From: Eledone cirrhosa
Taxonomy: Eukaryota
DNA length: 64,000 nt
Direction of reading: 5' to 3'
Assembly: GCA_964016885.1 (NCBI GenBank)
Contig: OZ024742.1
Coordinates: forward strand, 279,682,001-279,746,000
Positions 43,273-55,644 of the stretch are shown one piece after another (the first letter of the stretch is position 1; each line of letters begins with the position of its first letter). A model generated the notes under the pieces. It saw nothing but the letters and a program-made list of their open reading frames with translations, had not been told where the DNA came from and did not search any database. A program made the translations under genes and the position numbers.

Positions 43273-44110
43273 GATCTGTTGTTTTATTTAGCTGCTATTT
43301 TTAGTGGCGAGATAGACAATACGTCTACGTATACTTCTGCTTCTACTAAGGGCTGGTTCATGCATAGGTCAAATTTACGGCCCCATTCAGTCCTGTGCTA
43401 GCTGGCAGATGGCAATATATTTTGCCGTTCCTGGGACTTTTGTCCTATGTAAGGAAAATGCTCTCTGATGATCTGAACATTTCCATTGGAAGTACCTAGG
43501 GATCTCCAATCTTTTCTGAAGTGAAACTGTCGGTAAAAGCAAACGGAATAGGTAAATATTTAAATTATATTTTTTTTATTTATTTTAAAAAATTGTTTGA
43601 ATGTTGCTTGCTCCGCTTATCTCAATTTTATAGTTCTGGTATGTCAAATTAATACCATAGAACAACCACTGTATCATAGACACCCTATATATTTCCAGGG
43701 GTACTTAGTACCTGTGGGGATATTAACTTCTTTTAATATTCTCCGTTATGTAAAGAACACATCTGCTGTTTTATTTAGGTGCTATTTTTAGTAGCGAGAA
43801 AGACAATACGTCTATGTTTACGTCCGCTTCTACTAAGGGCTGGTTCATGCATATGTCAAATTTTCGGCCCCATTCGATCCTGTGCTAGCTGGCAGATGGC
43901 AATATATTTTTCCGTTTCTGGGACTTTTGTCCTAGGTAAGGAAAATACTCTCTGATTATCTGAACATTTCCATTGGAAGTCCCTAGGGTTCTCCAATCTT
44001 TTGTGAAGTGAAACCGTCAGTGAAAGCAAATGGAGTAGGTAAATATTTAAATTATATTTTTTAATTTATAAAAAAAAAATTGCTTGAATCTTGCTTGCTC
44101 CGCTTATCTC

Positions 44111-44115
<5 letters not shown>
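43273..44115 (+). mobile_element. Two-copy tandem repeat (period ~485 bp) with an HHR-like motif, between (TA)n tracts
   Basis: 43273-43630 matches 43761-44115. Confidence 0.8.
43460..43540 (+). ncRNA. Probable hammerhead (mutated second copy at 43947-44027)
   Basis: GCTCT-CTGATGA...GAAA-CTG t CGG-TA-AAAGC; the base of stem II pairs poorly. Confidence 0.55.
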
Positions 44116-44199
<84 letters not shown>

Positions 44200-44202
<3 letters not shown>

Positions 44203-44560
44203 TCGTGTACAGATATTTTTGCATACACAATAACAAAATATAAAAAAAAGTATTTATTTCGCGATAAATTATTGATTTTCTTCGCACGGAAATCGCACGG
44301 AAAAACCCCTGGTGATGTACGACGAATGTTTTTTATAAGCACAAAATGTGGACACCATCACGAGGCAGATGTATTTCGTACTTCTCTGTACTGTTATATA
44401 TATATATATATATATATATTCGTGTACAGATATTTTTGCATACACAATAACAACATATAAACAAACGTATTTATTTCACGAGGCTCGATAAGGATAAATA
44501 TATATCAAATATATAAGGGCCCTAGAGCAAATTCCGAGCAACGCCGGGGCATCCTGCTAG
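44200..44560 (+). mobile_element. Non-autonomous Helitron-like element (3' terminus evident)
   Basis: Hairpin ccgagcaacgccgg followed about 10 nt later by CTAG then T; the 5' limit is uncertain. Confidence 0.55.
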
Positions 44561-44785
44561 TATATATCTATATATATGTAAATATATATATATATGTCCA
44601 CACTTATACATTTAAAACATGTATACGTACACACACACACACACGCCCACAAACACATCTACACACATATATATAAATGTATGTGTGAATATATATACCT
44701 GAATATTTATATATTTAAAACACGTATGCCTACATATATTTCTACACATATACACACACACACATACAAACACACACACACACAT

Positions 44786-44860
<75 letters not shown>

Positions 44861-44902
44861 CATAACCAGCCACATGCACACACACACAACCACGTGCACA
44901 CG

Positions 44903-44946
<44 letters not shown>

Positions 44947-46478
44947 CACCTACGCACATAATTAAATAAAAAGGAAGCGAACCTTGTATCTAAATGGCTG
45001 CGTTACTCCTTTACGTATTTACCACAAACATTCCGCATTTATGCAGAAGAAAAACAAACTGTTTCTTTTCTAAAGCAGCGAACGCCTTTAATGTTACTCA
45101 TCACGTGTTTCACCCCCGAATAAATCTCTGACTTTTTACCCCTCTCTTAATTAAGCCGTAAGAAAATATTAAACAGAGCAGCAATAATGTCATCACTGCG
45201 TATTCTAAACTTAACGATAACTGTGATGTTCCTAATACAAATAGTCAGTGATATGCTACCAAAGAAATATTTGGTAATATAATCTTTCTTCTGAAAAGGA
45301 ACAATGTTTCATATCTCTTTCGACCTTCTTTTCCTTCCTTGGACATACATCACATTGTAATCACAAGGATCCAGTTTCGATTCCACTGCGGTGTATATCG
45401 AGCAATTACACATTATCATTTATATTATTCTCGAGAGTTGAAGCATGACTAATGTGTAAAATTGGGGAAATGGAAACAGTTTAGAAGCCCTTCGGATAGA
45501 TGAACATGTAATTCAACGAGCCAGCATTGTTACATTGGGCGTCCCACAGAATCAACTTGTGTATTATGTTTAAATGCATGCGTATCATTGGATTGAGCAG
45601 CTACACGCATGTTACTCTCAACATAAGTTTGAACCGTTGATAAAAAAATAGGAAACCGAAGAAGGGCTATTGCATTCTATATTTTAAGCAAAAATCCTTT
45701 GATTATATAATAATTGTTTCTACGTTAGGCACAAGGCCAGCAAATACCCAGTGCATTACTGGTACTTTATTTTATCGATAATGCTCCATAGCCCTTTCAC
45801 CTATATTATCCTTGGCGACAATATTGTTTATGCTTTCCATTGGTAAAAAGAGCTGCCATTTACACACATTTAGGGGCTAGAGATCTGGGAGAGGAGCAGT
45901 CGAATCGATCCCAATACTTGACTGATAATATATTACATCAACCCTGGTGGGAAAGATTGTATATTTGATCACTTGCAGATTTGTACAGATAAATATGTAA
46001 AGGCGTGAACTTAGTGGTTAGGTGTTCGCCTCACGATGATAGAGTGCACATTTCTATTTGTGACTCCACGTGTTTCTTTGAGCAAGACATTATTTTAAGC
46101 AGATCTTGTCCACAAACTGGCAAAAATGAATCATATCGAGTTGACACGCGCTGTGTATCACTTAATGTCTAAGAGTACTAATTAAAGGTTACACTTATCT
46201 GTGGAATGCCCAACCTCTTGCAGATTAATTTACTCCGTAGGCTTTTGAATTATTCGAACAACTCGAACACTCATCTTGTTACCAATGGTGGTTCAAAACG
46301 CACATAGAATGTAAATACCTCCAAAGAATGTCTCAAATCATTTTATCCGACACTAAGGGTTCTGCCAAACCATCACATTACTCATCCTATATATGTAGAA
46401 GACCAGATATGTTGATATATGCTATAACAACAGAGACAGAAACTGCCATTGATCTCCCCCTCCTTCTCTTTTTTTTTA

Positions 46479-46489
<11 letters not shown>

Positions 46490-46523
<34 letters not shown>

Positions 46524-46545
46524 ATCTCTCTTATTTCTCTACCTC

Positions 46546-46626
<81 letters not shown>

Positions 46627-46734
46627 TTCACTTCACATACCTGCGTATTTGAACGCAAAACAACTGTCTGAAAGGTTTGATTTCTCACTTCTCCATGTAA
46701 TTGAACTAGACACAATCTCTATTATTCCGCTATA

Positions 46735-46800
<66 letters not shown>
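46490..46800. repeat. (TTTC)n, (CT)n and (TA)n microsatellites
   Basis: Directly visible. Confidence 0.9.
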
Positions 46801-46802
<2 letters not shown>

Positions 46803-47257
46803 GAAAATGTTCACTATCAAATCACACACTTTTAAATCCTATTTACTAGAGCTAAGCTGCCTTACTCAGCTCAGCTGTCTTACCCAAGTTGATACGAAAT
46901 AGATTAATCACTATAAATACTAACAATAAAAAGCGTGAAAAATCCCGAAAAGCTGAACCACTTCGTCAAAAGTTTTACATGGTTTGTCTTAAAACAAATT
47001 GCATGCACTGTTTTGTGCATAATATGGTGTATCTACGAACATCAAAGGGTTTCAAACACGATATACAGCAGCTGATCCACCAATTGATGACGCTAAAGAC
47101 ATAAAGAATAATTTGAATCTCGTGTCGTACAGTAGAGACAAACACTAGAAAAACATTCAACAGTCACTGTCTCAGCAAAGCGGTGCTTGTAAAAAAAGAA
47201 AGCAAAGTCACATGCATATATACAAACACCATCCCACACACGCACTGATACATATGC

Positions 47258-47289
<32 letters not shown>

Positions 47290-47789
47290 GCCCCCCCCCC
47301 ACATATATATGTGTGTGTTTGTGTTTGAGTGTATGTATGTATGTATGTATGTGTGTATGTATTTATATGTGTGTGTTAATGTATGCTTGTGTTTCTGTGT
47401 ATATTCGCAAGTCTATAGGTTCGTATATGCTTGTGCTTATCTAGTGTTTTATGTGACTTCCTTTTATTGTTAAAATATCTGTATTTGTGTGGAATTCTAT
47501 AGAATAAAAACGTGTTGTCTACTTACATTTCACTAATTTGTTATTTAGTTTAGATATGCGTTCTGTGATGTGGTTCATTGCAACTGTTACTTAGGGTAAG
47601 TGCATTGTGGGCCGACGAGAGAATGTATATCTGTGGCCGATATAAAGATTTGTGTTGTTTCCAGCTTTTAGTTTAATGGAATACATCAATCACTTTGATC
47701 ATTCACAGCTATGCGTGGTTTTGCAGACCTGCGTGCTTTATATCACGATTTGCATACATGTCTTGAAAAACAACCATAAGAAGGGAGGC

Positions 47790-48220
47790 ACATGTATCAG
47801 GCTTGTTGTAGATATCTTATTGTTGCAGCAATGTTTGAGGCAAACGTAGGTGGCAGGCTTGCAGCCATTCACCTTCTAATTAACCGACAACATCAAGGAG
47901 GCACTTCATGAAACAGCCTTAGATGTGCTGGAGAGAAAGAGAAGGAAAAATAAACCGTATGTCAATTATGACGTATGTGATTTAAAACGTGACTTGAGGA
48001 AGCCCTAACAACAATACAACACCACACTGTGAATAGGAAAGTCAGGAAGAAACTGAGGAATGCTAAAGGGAGGTGGATAACAGACCAAGGCAAAACATCG
48101 AAGCTAGAATAAAAATAGGCACAGAAAATCAGCTCATGAAACGCTCAACATGCTAAAAAAAAGAAAGCAGCACTGTCACTGAGCACAAAACTGGCATTCC
48201 CCTTACAGACGAGGCCCATG
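47790..48220 (+). pseudogene. Degraded RTE-like LINE fragment (EN-RT linker)
   Basis: GGRLAA.., A.DVL.R..RKNKPYV, VNRKVRKKLRNAKGRWI. Confidence 0.5.
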
Positions 48221-48224
48221 TACG

Positions 48225-48255
<31 letters not shown>

Positions 48256-48291
48256 TAAAGAATAATCAAAACTATGTTCATAACATTTTTT

Positions 48292-48338
48292 TGCTGACAA
48301 TCGTTTCTTCTAAACTTCCGGTTGGCTTCATCGGAGCA
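48292..48338 (-). ncRNA. Degenerate or variant hammerhead (CCGATGA core)
   Basis: Reverse complement reads TGCT-CCGATGA-...-GAAA-CGATTG-TC-AGCA, then ~40 nt and (TA)n; resembles 31487-31550. Confidence 0.55.
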
Positions 48339-48459
48339 CTAGCAAAGTTTCGACATATAATTAACGTCCAATTCTACAGAACAAACATAAAGGTATATAC
48401 ATAATGAATTACTGACCTTTCCTGTTTAGAATTATATGTAGTGTATATATAAGTATAAA

Positions 48460-48493
<34 letters not shown>

Positions 48494-48505
48494 GTTATTG
48501 TTATT

Positions 48506-51500
48506 CCTTGAATCTCAGTCATTGATGTTGGTTAACTGGAAAGTCCGTTGGATTGAATATCAAGCCACTACCTGCAGCCTCAGATATTCAGGACGTATTG
48601 GAGGGTTCTTGCCGTTCCAAGCAAGCATGCCTTTTGAAGCGTTCCAAAAAGCGTGAAGGGGCCGATTTTCTTTAACCATCCCTGGAAACCTTTGGAGATA
48701 GTCCCCAGTGCGCCTATGACAATCGGGATCACTTTGACTTCATGGCAGTTCCAAATCCTTTTCACCTCCCATTTTAGGTCCTGGTATCGGTTAATTTTCT
48801 CCCTCTCCTTCTCTTGCACTCTCGTGTCGAACGGGCAGGCCACATCCACAATCAGGCACGATCTTTTTTCTTTGTCCACAACCACCAGGTCAGGTCTATT
48901 GTGTTCCAGTTTTTTGTCCGTCTGTATCCTAAAATCCCACAGCACCTTCACCTGACTGTTCTCCATCACCGCCTCTGGCCTATGCTCATACCATTTCTCA
49001 GAATGTGGTAGATTGTTTACTTTGCACAGGTGCCAGTGGATCACCCTGCCCATCACATCGTGTCTCCAGCCCTTATAGTGGGTCTGGGCTAGGTGTTTAC
49101 ACTCGGACACAATGTGAGCCACAGTCTCCTCTCTCTCTCCACAGATCCTGCACAGTGGGCTAGCCTCCTCCTTGTAGATATGGTGCTTCAACCACTTCGT
49201 TTTGAGGGCCTGCTCCTGCGCAGCCATTAGCATTCCTTCTGTAGCCTTTTTGAGGTCTCCTCTTCTCAACCAGTTCCATGTCTGTGGATCTCTAAATTCA
49301 GTTTTCTCAAAGAAGGTACTATGAAGGGATTTTCCCTTAAGGCTGCTCTTCCTCCTTGATGTTATTTCCTCCTTGGGTATCCCCTGGCCTACTGTCCCCT
49401 CCTTCAGTACAGCTCTGAGCATTGGCTCCTTACTATAGGTCACGTATTTGTATAGGTTGTTTTTCTCCATCTGAACACAGTCCTCTATGCTGATAAGACC
49501 TCTTCCACCCTCAGATCTCCTTAGGTAGAGTCTATCGACATCACTCCTCTTGTGGAACATGTTGTAGATAGTCAATAGCTTCCTAGTCTTCCTATCCATT
49601 TCTTTTTGTTCAGCAACATTCCATCTCAGAATTCCCGCACTGTACCTAATAATAGACACAGCTCGGGAATTTACTGCGCTTATGGCATTTCTGCTGTTCA
49701 GATGTGACTTCAATACGCTCCTTACTCTCCGAATGTATTCAGTTCTTAACAATTCCTTCATTTTTTTGTTCTTTATGCCATCAGCCTCCAGAACGCCCAA
49801 ATACTTGTATCCTTCCTCAGAGTCAATTTCCTTTATCATCTCACCTGTTGGTATCTGGATCCCGTTACTTCTGCTCAACCTACCCCTCCTCATCACAATG
49901 ACTCCACATTTACCAATACCAAACTGCATACATATATCACTGCTGAAAATACGGACAGTGTCAACAAGCACATCCAACTCCTTCTCACTTTTCCCGAAGA
50001 GCTTAAGATCGTCCATGAAGAGGAGGTGATTGATGGTAAGCTCTCCCCTTCCCAACTTGTATCCTGCTCTCACTTTTCGCAGCATAATGGTCAAGGGCAT
50101 CAGGGCAAGGACAAACAACAGAGGGGACAGGCTATCTCCCTGGAAGATACCTCTCTTGATCTTCACGCTTCCCAAGGATACTCCAGTTGATGTCAACTCT
50201 GTCTCCCAGGACCCCATACTCCTGCCCAGCAACTGTCTGATGTTATCTGCCACCCTGAAGATCTCCAGGCTTTTGGTGATCCAGGAATGAGGCACCATGT
50301 CAAATGCCTTTCTGTAGTCTATCAATCCCATGGCAAGATCAGTGTGTCTCCTCCTGCAATTCCCCATTACCATCTTATCAATAAGCAACTGGTCCTTTGT
50401 ACCACGTGACTTCTTTCGGCATCCTTTCTGTTCGTCCGGCAACAAGTTGTTTGTGTGGAGGTGATGGTAGATTTCCTCAGACACAATGCTCGTCAACAGT
50501 TTCCACATTACGGGCAGACATGTGATAGGTCTATAGTTGGTAACATCATTACCCTTGATTCGGTCTTTCATTATCAGAACTGTGGTACCTTTTGTCAACC
50601 ACTCTGGCACCTCACCCGACACCAAGCAGTCATTGAACATGGCCGTCAGCTTCGGGTGGAGGGATGTTAAATGTTTAATCCAATACCCCTGCACACCATC
50701 TGGGCCTGGTGATTTCCAGTTGGTTAGTTTTTTGGCTTGCCCCTTAAGAGTTTCAACTGTGATACTCAAATCAGTCTGTTGCTGTGCCTGCTCACCGATC
50801 TCCCTCTGTACTGTCTCAATCCACCCTGCCTGGGCATTGTGTCTAACATCCTGCTCCCATATTCCTCTCCAGAATGTTTTAGCTTGTTCCGCCCCAGGGA
50901 TCAAGTCGGTGCCTCTTTCTTTCCCCTCAAGCTGTCCAAACAGCATCTTCTGGTTGTTGTCGAACATGCGGTTCTGTTTATACTGACTGACTCTGTTCTC
51001 GTATCGCCTGATTTTGGCACTCTTTGCTACAATGCGTTGCTTCAATTCCTCTATGATAATATTTAGCTTTTTACTCCTAGTTTTGTATTTTATTTCCAGT
51101 CTATTTTTAGTGCCTATGTTTTTTAGTGTCCCATTCAGTAGTGACTCAAGCTTTCCTATGTCATTTCTCATTTCCCCGATTTGCCCACTCAGTCGCTTCT
51201 TCCACCACGGCTCTGCTCTTTCTTGTCTGTTGTTTCCTCTCGCTTTTATACCAAGTAGTTTCCTCACCGTATTTGCTGTTGCTTTGAGGATATTGTTGCA
51301 CTGGTGAAGACTCCTCGCCTCAAGGTATGGGATGACTTTGTTTACCTTAGCTGTTGTTTCTTTTAACTTTTTCCTGTCTACAAATCTTAGGTTCATAGGT
51401 CTCCCACTATCATTGTTCAACTCATCTACCACTAAATTTAGGATGTCAACCGAATCTTGTCCTAGCCCGTCAGCATTCATCTCCTCAGTGGCCGTATCTC

Positions 51501-51711
51501 TGTTCCAGGTATTATTTATCTCAGTATTCAGATCATTGTCTGCTTCGGGTGGTTCCTCCGCTCTCAGGACCTCCTCACCTTCATTTCCCGCCGGCTCGCT
51601 TGTCTGGCATACTACACCCGCCATCTCCAAGCCATTCTCTCTGCTCAGTTCCTCCAGGCCAGCTCGCTTATCCACCCATTAGTTCTTATTACCCGAGCCT
51701 GCCCGGCCAAT
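48506..51711 (-). mobile_element. Dong/R4-clade non-LTR retrotransposon, 5'-truncated, inserted in (TAA)n
   Basis: Single RT-RLE ORF, ~75-bp 3' UTR, (TTA)n on both flanks. Confidence 0.92.
48580..51675 (-). CDS. Reverse transcriptase plus CCHC finger plus restriction-like endonuclease (1031 codons; the listed start is not the native start)
   Basis: WKSPGPDG, NYRPITCL, IDYRKAFD, GIFQGDSLSP, FMDD, YKYLG, CRICGEREETVAHIVSEC, RHD, RPD..IVDVACP..EKINRY. Upstream LAGQARVIRTNGWISEL is out of frame by one base near 51660. Confidence 0.93.
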   Translation of the reverse strand: MDKRAGLEELSRENGLEMAGVVCQTSEPAGNEGEEVLRAEEPPEADNDLNTEINNTWNRDTATEEMNADGLGQDSVDILNLVVDELNNDSGRPMNLRFVDRKKLKETTAKVNKVIPYLEARSLHQCNNILKATANTVRKLLGIKARGNNRQERAEPWWKKRLSGQIGEMRNDIGKLESLLNGTLKNIGTKNRLEIKYKTRSKKLNIIIEELKQRIVAKSAKIRRYENRVSQYKQNRMFDNNQKMLFGQLEGKERGTDLIPGAEQAKTFWRGIWEQDVRHNAQAGWIETVQREIGEQAQQQTDLSITVETLKGQAKKLTNWKSPGPDGVQGYWIKHLTSLHPKLTAMFNDCLVSGEVPEWLTKGTTVLIMKDRIKGNDVTNYRPITCLPVMWKLLTSIVSEEIYHHLHTNNLLPDEQKGCRKKSRGTKDQLLIDKMVMGNCRRRHTDLAMGLIDYRKAFDMVPHSWITKSLEIFRVADNIRQLLGRSMGSWETELTSTGVSLGSVKIKRGIFQGDSLSPLLFVLALMPLTIMLRKVRAGYKLGRGELTINHLLFMDDLKLFGKSEKELDVLVDTVRIFSSDICMQFGIGKCGVIVMRRGRLSRSNGIQIPTGEMIKEIDSEEGYKYLGVLEADGIKNKKMKELLRTEYIRRVRSVLKSHLNSRNAISAVNSRAVSIIRYSAGILRWNVAEQKEMDRKTRKLLTIYNMFHKRSDVDRLYLRRSEGGRGLISIEDCVQMEKNNLYKYVTYSKEPMLRAVLKEGTVGQGIPKEEITSRRKSSLKGKSLHSTFFEKTEFRDPQTWNWLRRGDLKKATEGMLMAAQEQALKTKWLKHHIYKEEASPLCRICGEREETVAHIVSECKHLAQTHYKGWRHDVMGRVIHWHLCKVNNLPHSEKWYEHRPEAVMENSQVKVLWDFRIQTDKKLEHNRPDLVVVDKEKRSCLIVDVACPFDTRVQEKEREKINRYQDLKWEVKRIWNCHEVKVIPIVIGALGTISKGFQGWLKKIGPFTLFGTLQKACLLGTARTLQYVLNI

Positions 51712-51758
51712 TATTATTATTATTATTATCATTATTATTATTATTATTACTATTATTG

Positions 51759-52084
51759 TATCTGAATGATACAATACGATGACAAGATTTCCATATTATA
51801 TACATATTGAACTCTGGCCACTTTACCTCATGCGATACTGCATCAGAATTGGTGGAACACAAACGTTGAATGCTTTTTTCCTTTTTACACCAATATATTT
51901 TCGATTGGAGCGACACACTCTTAGCTTTATATACCAATCAGGAACACAGAACAACCCAAGTGCATATATATATTCAACGTTTGTGTTCCACCAATTCTGA
52001 TGCAGTATCGCATGAGGTAAAGTGGCCAGAGTTCAATATGTATATAATATGGAAATCTTGTCATCGTATTGTATCATTCAGATA
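51759..52084. mobile_element. MITE/foldback element with perfect 113-bp terminal inverted repeats
   Basis: 51759-51871 is the exact reverse complement of 51972-52084; 100-bp spacer; TA at both ends. Confidence 0.85.
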
Positions 52085-52368
52085 TCAATATGTCTAATTT
52101 ACGCCCTCTCTCTCTCTATATATATATATGTATGTGAGTGCGTGTGTTTAAGTGTATGCGTTAGTATATTTATTTGTGTGTATGTGTACAAAGGCAGCGT
52201 GAGAAAAATTGAGTTGAAGAGAGAGAAGGAGAATAAGCCAAACACTAATACATGGAATTCGGACGTTTTCTTTGAAGGCATGCCAAATTACAAGGAAAAC
52301 ATATCAGAGGTTAAATGAATCTTGCTCTGACACTTGTTATATATAAATTTCTTTCTCACCTCTCTTTT

Positions 52369-52422
<54 letters not shown>

Positions 52423-52527
52423 AACCAGTAAGACCCCTTACTGGTTCCTATTACCCACTCTACTACCCCAAGTATTGAGTACTTTGGTGCGTTATGGTCC
52501 ACCTGGTTCCTTACCACATTTCCTTCG

Positions 52528-52574
<47 letters not shown>

Positions 52575-52726
52575 AAAAGAGTCAAAACCCTGATGGTTGA
52601 GCTACGGCCGTTTCGGCGGCTAGACCCGTCGGGCTCCTGACTCTTTTCCTATTACCCACTCTACTACCCTAAGTATGGAGTACTCTCGTGCGTTATGGTC
52701 CACCTGTGTCTTACCACACCTTCTTG

Positions 52727-52816
<90 letters not shown>

Positions 52817-52978
52817 GCACATGAATCTTTATGCAGTTGATGACACACATCACCATTACACATACAAGAGCCATCCATTGAATGCTCCCTGAACTTTCAT
52901 TGTGAAGCTAGCGTTTACATATTAATGTATGGACCATCACAACCCCTTTCTCACTGTAATACCAAGAATTTCGATAAT

Positions 52979-53455
52979 AATGGTCTCCTATTTAGTTACA
53001 AGGCCAACCACTTCAGGGGTGGGGAAAGACGATTAAAACGCCTCAGGCGCATTACTGGTGCTTTATTTTATCGACCCCATAAGGATGAAAGGTAAAGCTA
53101 ATCTCGGCTAGATTTGAACTCAGACCGTAAATGTCCGTAACTATATGCAGCAAAGCCTGGTGTCCGACGCTCTAGCTATACTGCGATGCGATAATAATTG
53201 TTTCTACTTTTGGCACTTACTCAACACTTACTCAGTGCATTACTGTTACTTTTTTTATCGATCCCGTCAGGACGAAAGGCAAAGTTAACCTTAGCTGGAT
53301 TTGAACTCAGACCGCAAAGTGACGTAACTATTCTGAAACGTATGGCGTCCAACCCTCTACCGATACTGCCAATTCACCAATAACTGTTTCTACTTTTGGC
53401 ACAAGGCCAGCAATTATCCATTGTATTACTGGTACTTTATTTTATCGACCCCTTA
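52979..53455 (-). mobile_element. Three tandem tRNA-derived SINE copies (two near-complete, one partial)
   Basis: Repeated atcgacccc..aggatgaaagg..atttgaactcag blocks. Confidence 0.82.
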
Positions 53456-53487
53456 AGGAGATAATAAAAACGTCATTAATTGCACAT

Positions 53488-53509
53488 GAAGTAGTAGCAG
53501 CGGCAGCAT

Positions 53510-53559
<50 letters not shown>

Positions 53560-53594
53560 CTAGTAGTAGTAGTAGTGGTGGTAGTAGTAGTAGT
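53488..53594. repeat. (GTA)n trinucleotide microsatellite
   Basis: Directly visible. Confidence 0.9.
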
Positions 53595-53862
53595 TTTTTT
53601 AGCAGCTGCAGCAATAGTTGTTAATTTGTTAACATATTTGTAATGTGTGTGTAAAGAGTAAACATGACAATTATAAATTAGGTTTGTTTCGAATATATAT
53701 TGTATTTCTTTTCGACATAATGCGGAGATATATATATCTGTATGTCTGTATGTATGTGTGTATGTGTGTGTGTGTGCGTGTGTGTGTGTACATGTGTATG
53801 ACAACGCACACACACTCATATATTTATATATATATATAGAGAGAGAGAGAGGGGGAGGAAGT

Positions 53863-53894
<32 letters not shown>

Positions 53895-55127
53895 TAGACT
53901 ACCGGTCTAGATCTATTTAATTCGTATGAAATCATCAAATTGAAGTCATTTCTATATATAATAAATTTGCTAATACTCTACCAATGTATAGAGTAGTTTT
54001 CTAACTGTGGTTACCCTCGACACAGCTCGGGTGTCTCTCTCTCTCTCTCTCTCACTCTCTCATTCACTCTTCCTCTCTCTCTCTTTCTCTCGCTCTCTTT
54101 CTCTGTCTCTCTCTCTCTATATATATATGTGTGCGTGCGTGTGTGTATGTGTCTGTGTGTGCCTGTGTGTCTGTGTATCTGTGCGTGTGCGTGCGTGTAT
54201 TATGTGCACATCATTACCAATATATCAGAATAATGTCTTACCTTTCGCAATCAACTTCCATTTAAAATATACCATATAACTACATGAACGTAACGCAACT
54301 CAACCAGAAACTCCATACATGATTTTACTCTCATATTTTCTAAGACCACTGTTTTTCTATTCTTTTTCATATGTGATATTAAGCATAGGGACATTTTTTG
54401 TTTATATGTAATGTTTCGTCTTTCTTTATTCACTGACATAGCTCCCCAAAACCATCACCACACACTACGCGTGCACAAATATATATGTTTTCATGTATTC
54501 CTTAAACCTTGTATTTTCGATAATTCTATCGTCGAATAGTCGCCATTTGACAGAGAAACCACTCGAAAAGTAAACTGAAATAATATTATTTTCCTGTTTG
54601 TGTTTTCATTTTATCATTGTTTGCATGTGTGTGTATATTTGTGTATATTTGTGTGTGTCTATTTGTGTTTCTCTGTGACTGTATGTTTGTGTGTGTGTGT
54701 GTTGGTGTTTCTTATTCAATTTCGGATGAATAAAAAGAAATATTCAAAATAATCCGGTTTACCGGTGTGCGGTTGTTATTTTGCAATCAGTTTTAGAAAA
54801 TAATGGCTTCTGTCATCCCTAAATCTCACATTTTTCTCTTCATTTTTCCTAAGTTTCTTTCTGTATCTTTCACTACCTCTATCTGTCTGTCTATTTCTCT
54901 TCCCCTCTCTATCTATCTATCTATCTATTTATCTATCATCTATCTATTTATCAATCTATGTATCTATCTATTTTATCTAGCTACCTATCTGTTTACCTAA
55001 ATATGTATCAATCAATAAACCTATCTATCTATCATGGAACACACACAGACACGCACAAAATCCTACACACACACGCACATATGGACGGAGCATGGCCTAA
55101 TGCTTGAGTTCGCAAACATTAATTTCA

Positions 55128-55206
<79 letters not shown>

Positions 55207-55262
55207 ATTTATATATCTATCTATCTACCTATATATCTATCTATCTACCTATATAACTCTCT

Positions 55263-55598
55263 AGAGAGAGGTGCTGTACCCCAGCAAGTTTTATAAAAGG
55301 TGGGTGAAAGTGTCGAGAATGGCCGGAGTGAATGGGCCTTCTCTCTATATCAGCCTGTAGGTTGAGGAAAAAGAGGAAGAGAGGAAAGGGGTACTCAATC
55401 TTCGTACTCCTGGAGATGAGGGTTGCACATTTTTGGGGGGGTATGTGTTACCCATATGTAATGTCTCCCCCTATTGGGGAAAATCGATTAATTTTTAAAT
55501 TACCTTTGTGATAGTATTTCACACGTTTTTATTGTATGTAAACTTCCCCCTTTGTATTTGTCCCCTTCTTTTGTGCCCTTGGGGCTAATAAAGAAAAA
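55263..55598 (+). mobile_element. Tx1-family 3' end fragment
   Basis: gagagagaggtgctgtaccccagcaa... through aataaagaaaaa; TATC-like flanks. Confidence 0.88.
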
Positions 55599-55644
55599 TA
55601 TCTATCTCTCTAACTATCTATCTATCTAACTATCCATCTAGCTA

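Noticed and set aside
54510-54560. Minus-strand aaATGGCG as a host gene start
   Set aside because: A stop follows after six codons and there is no other exon evidence.
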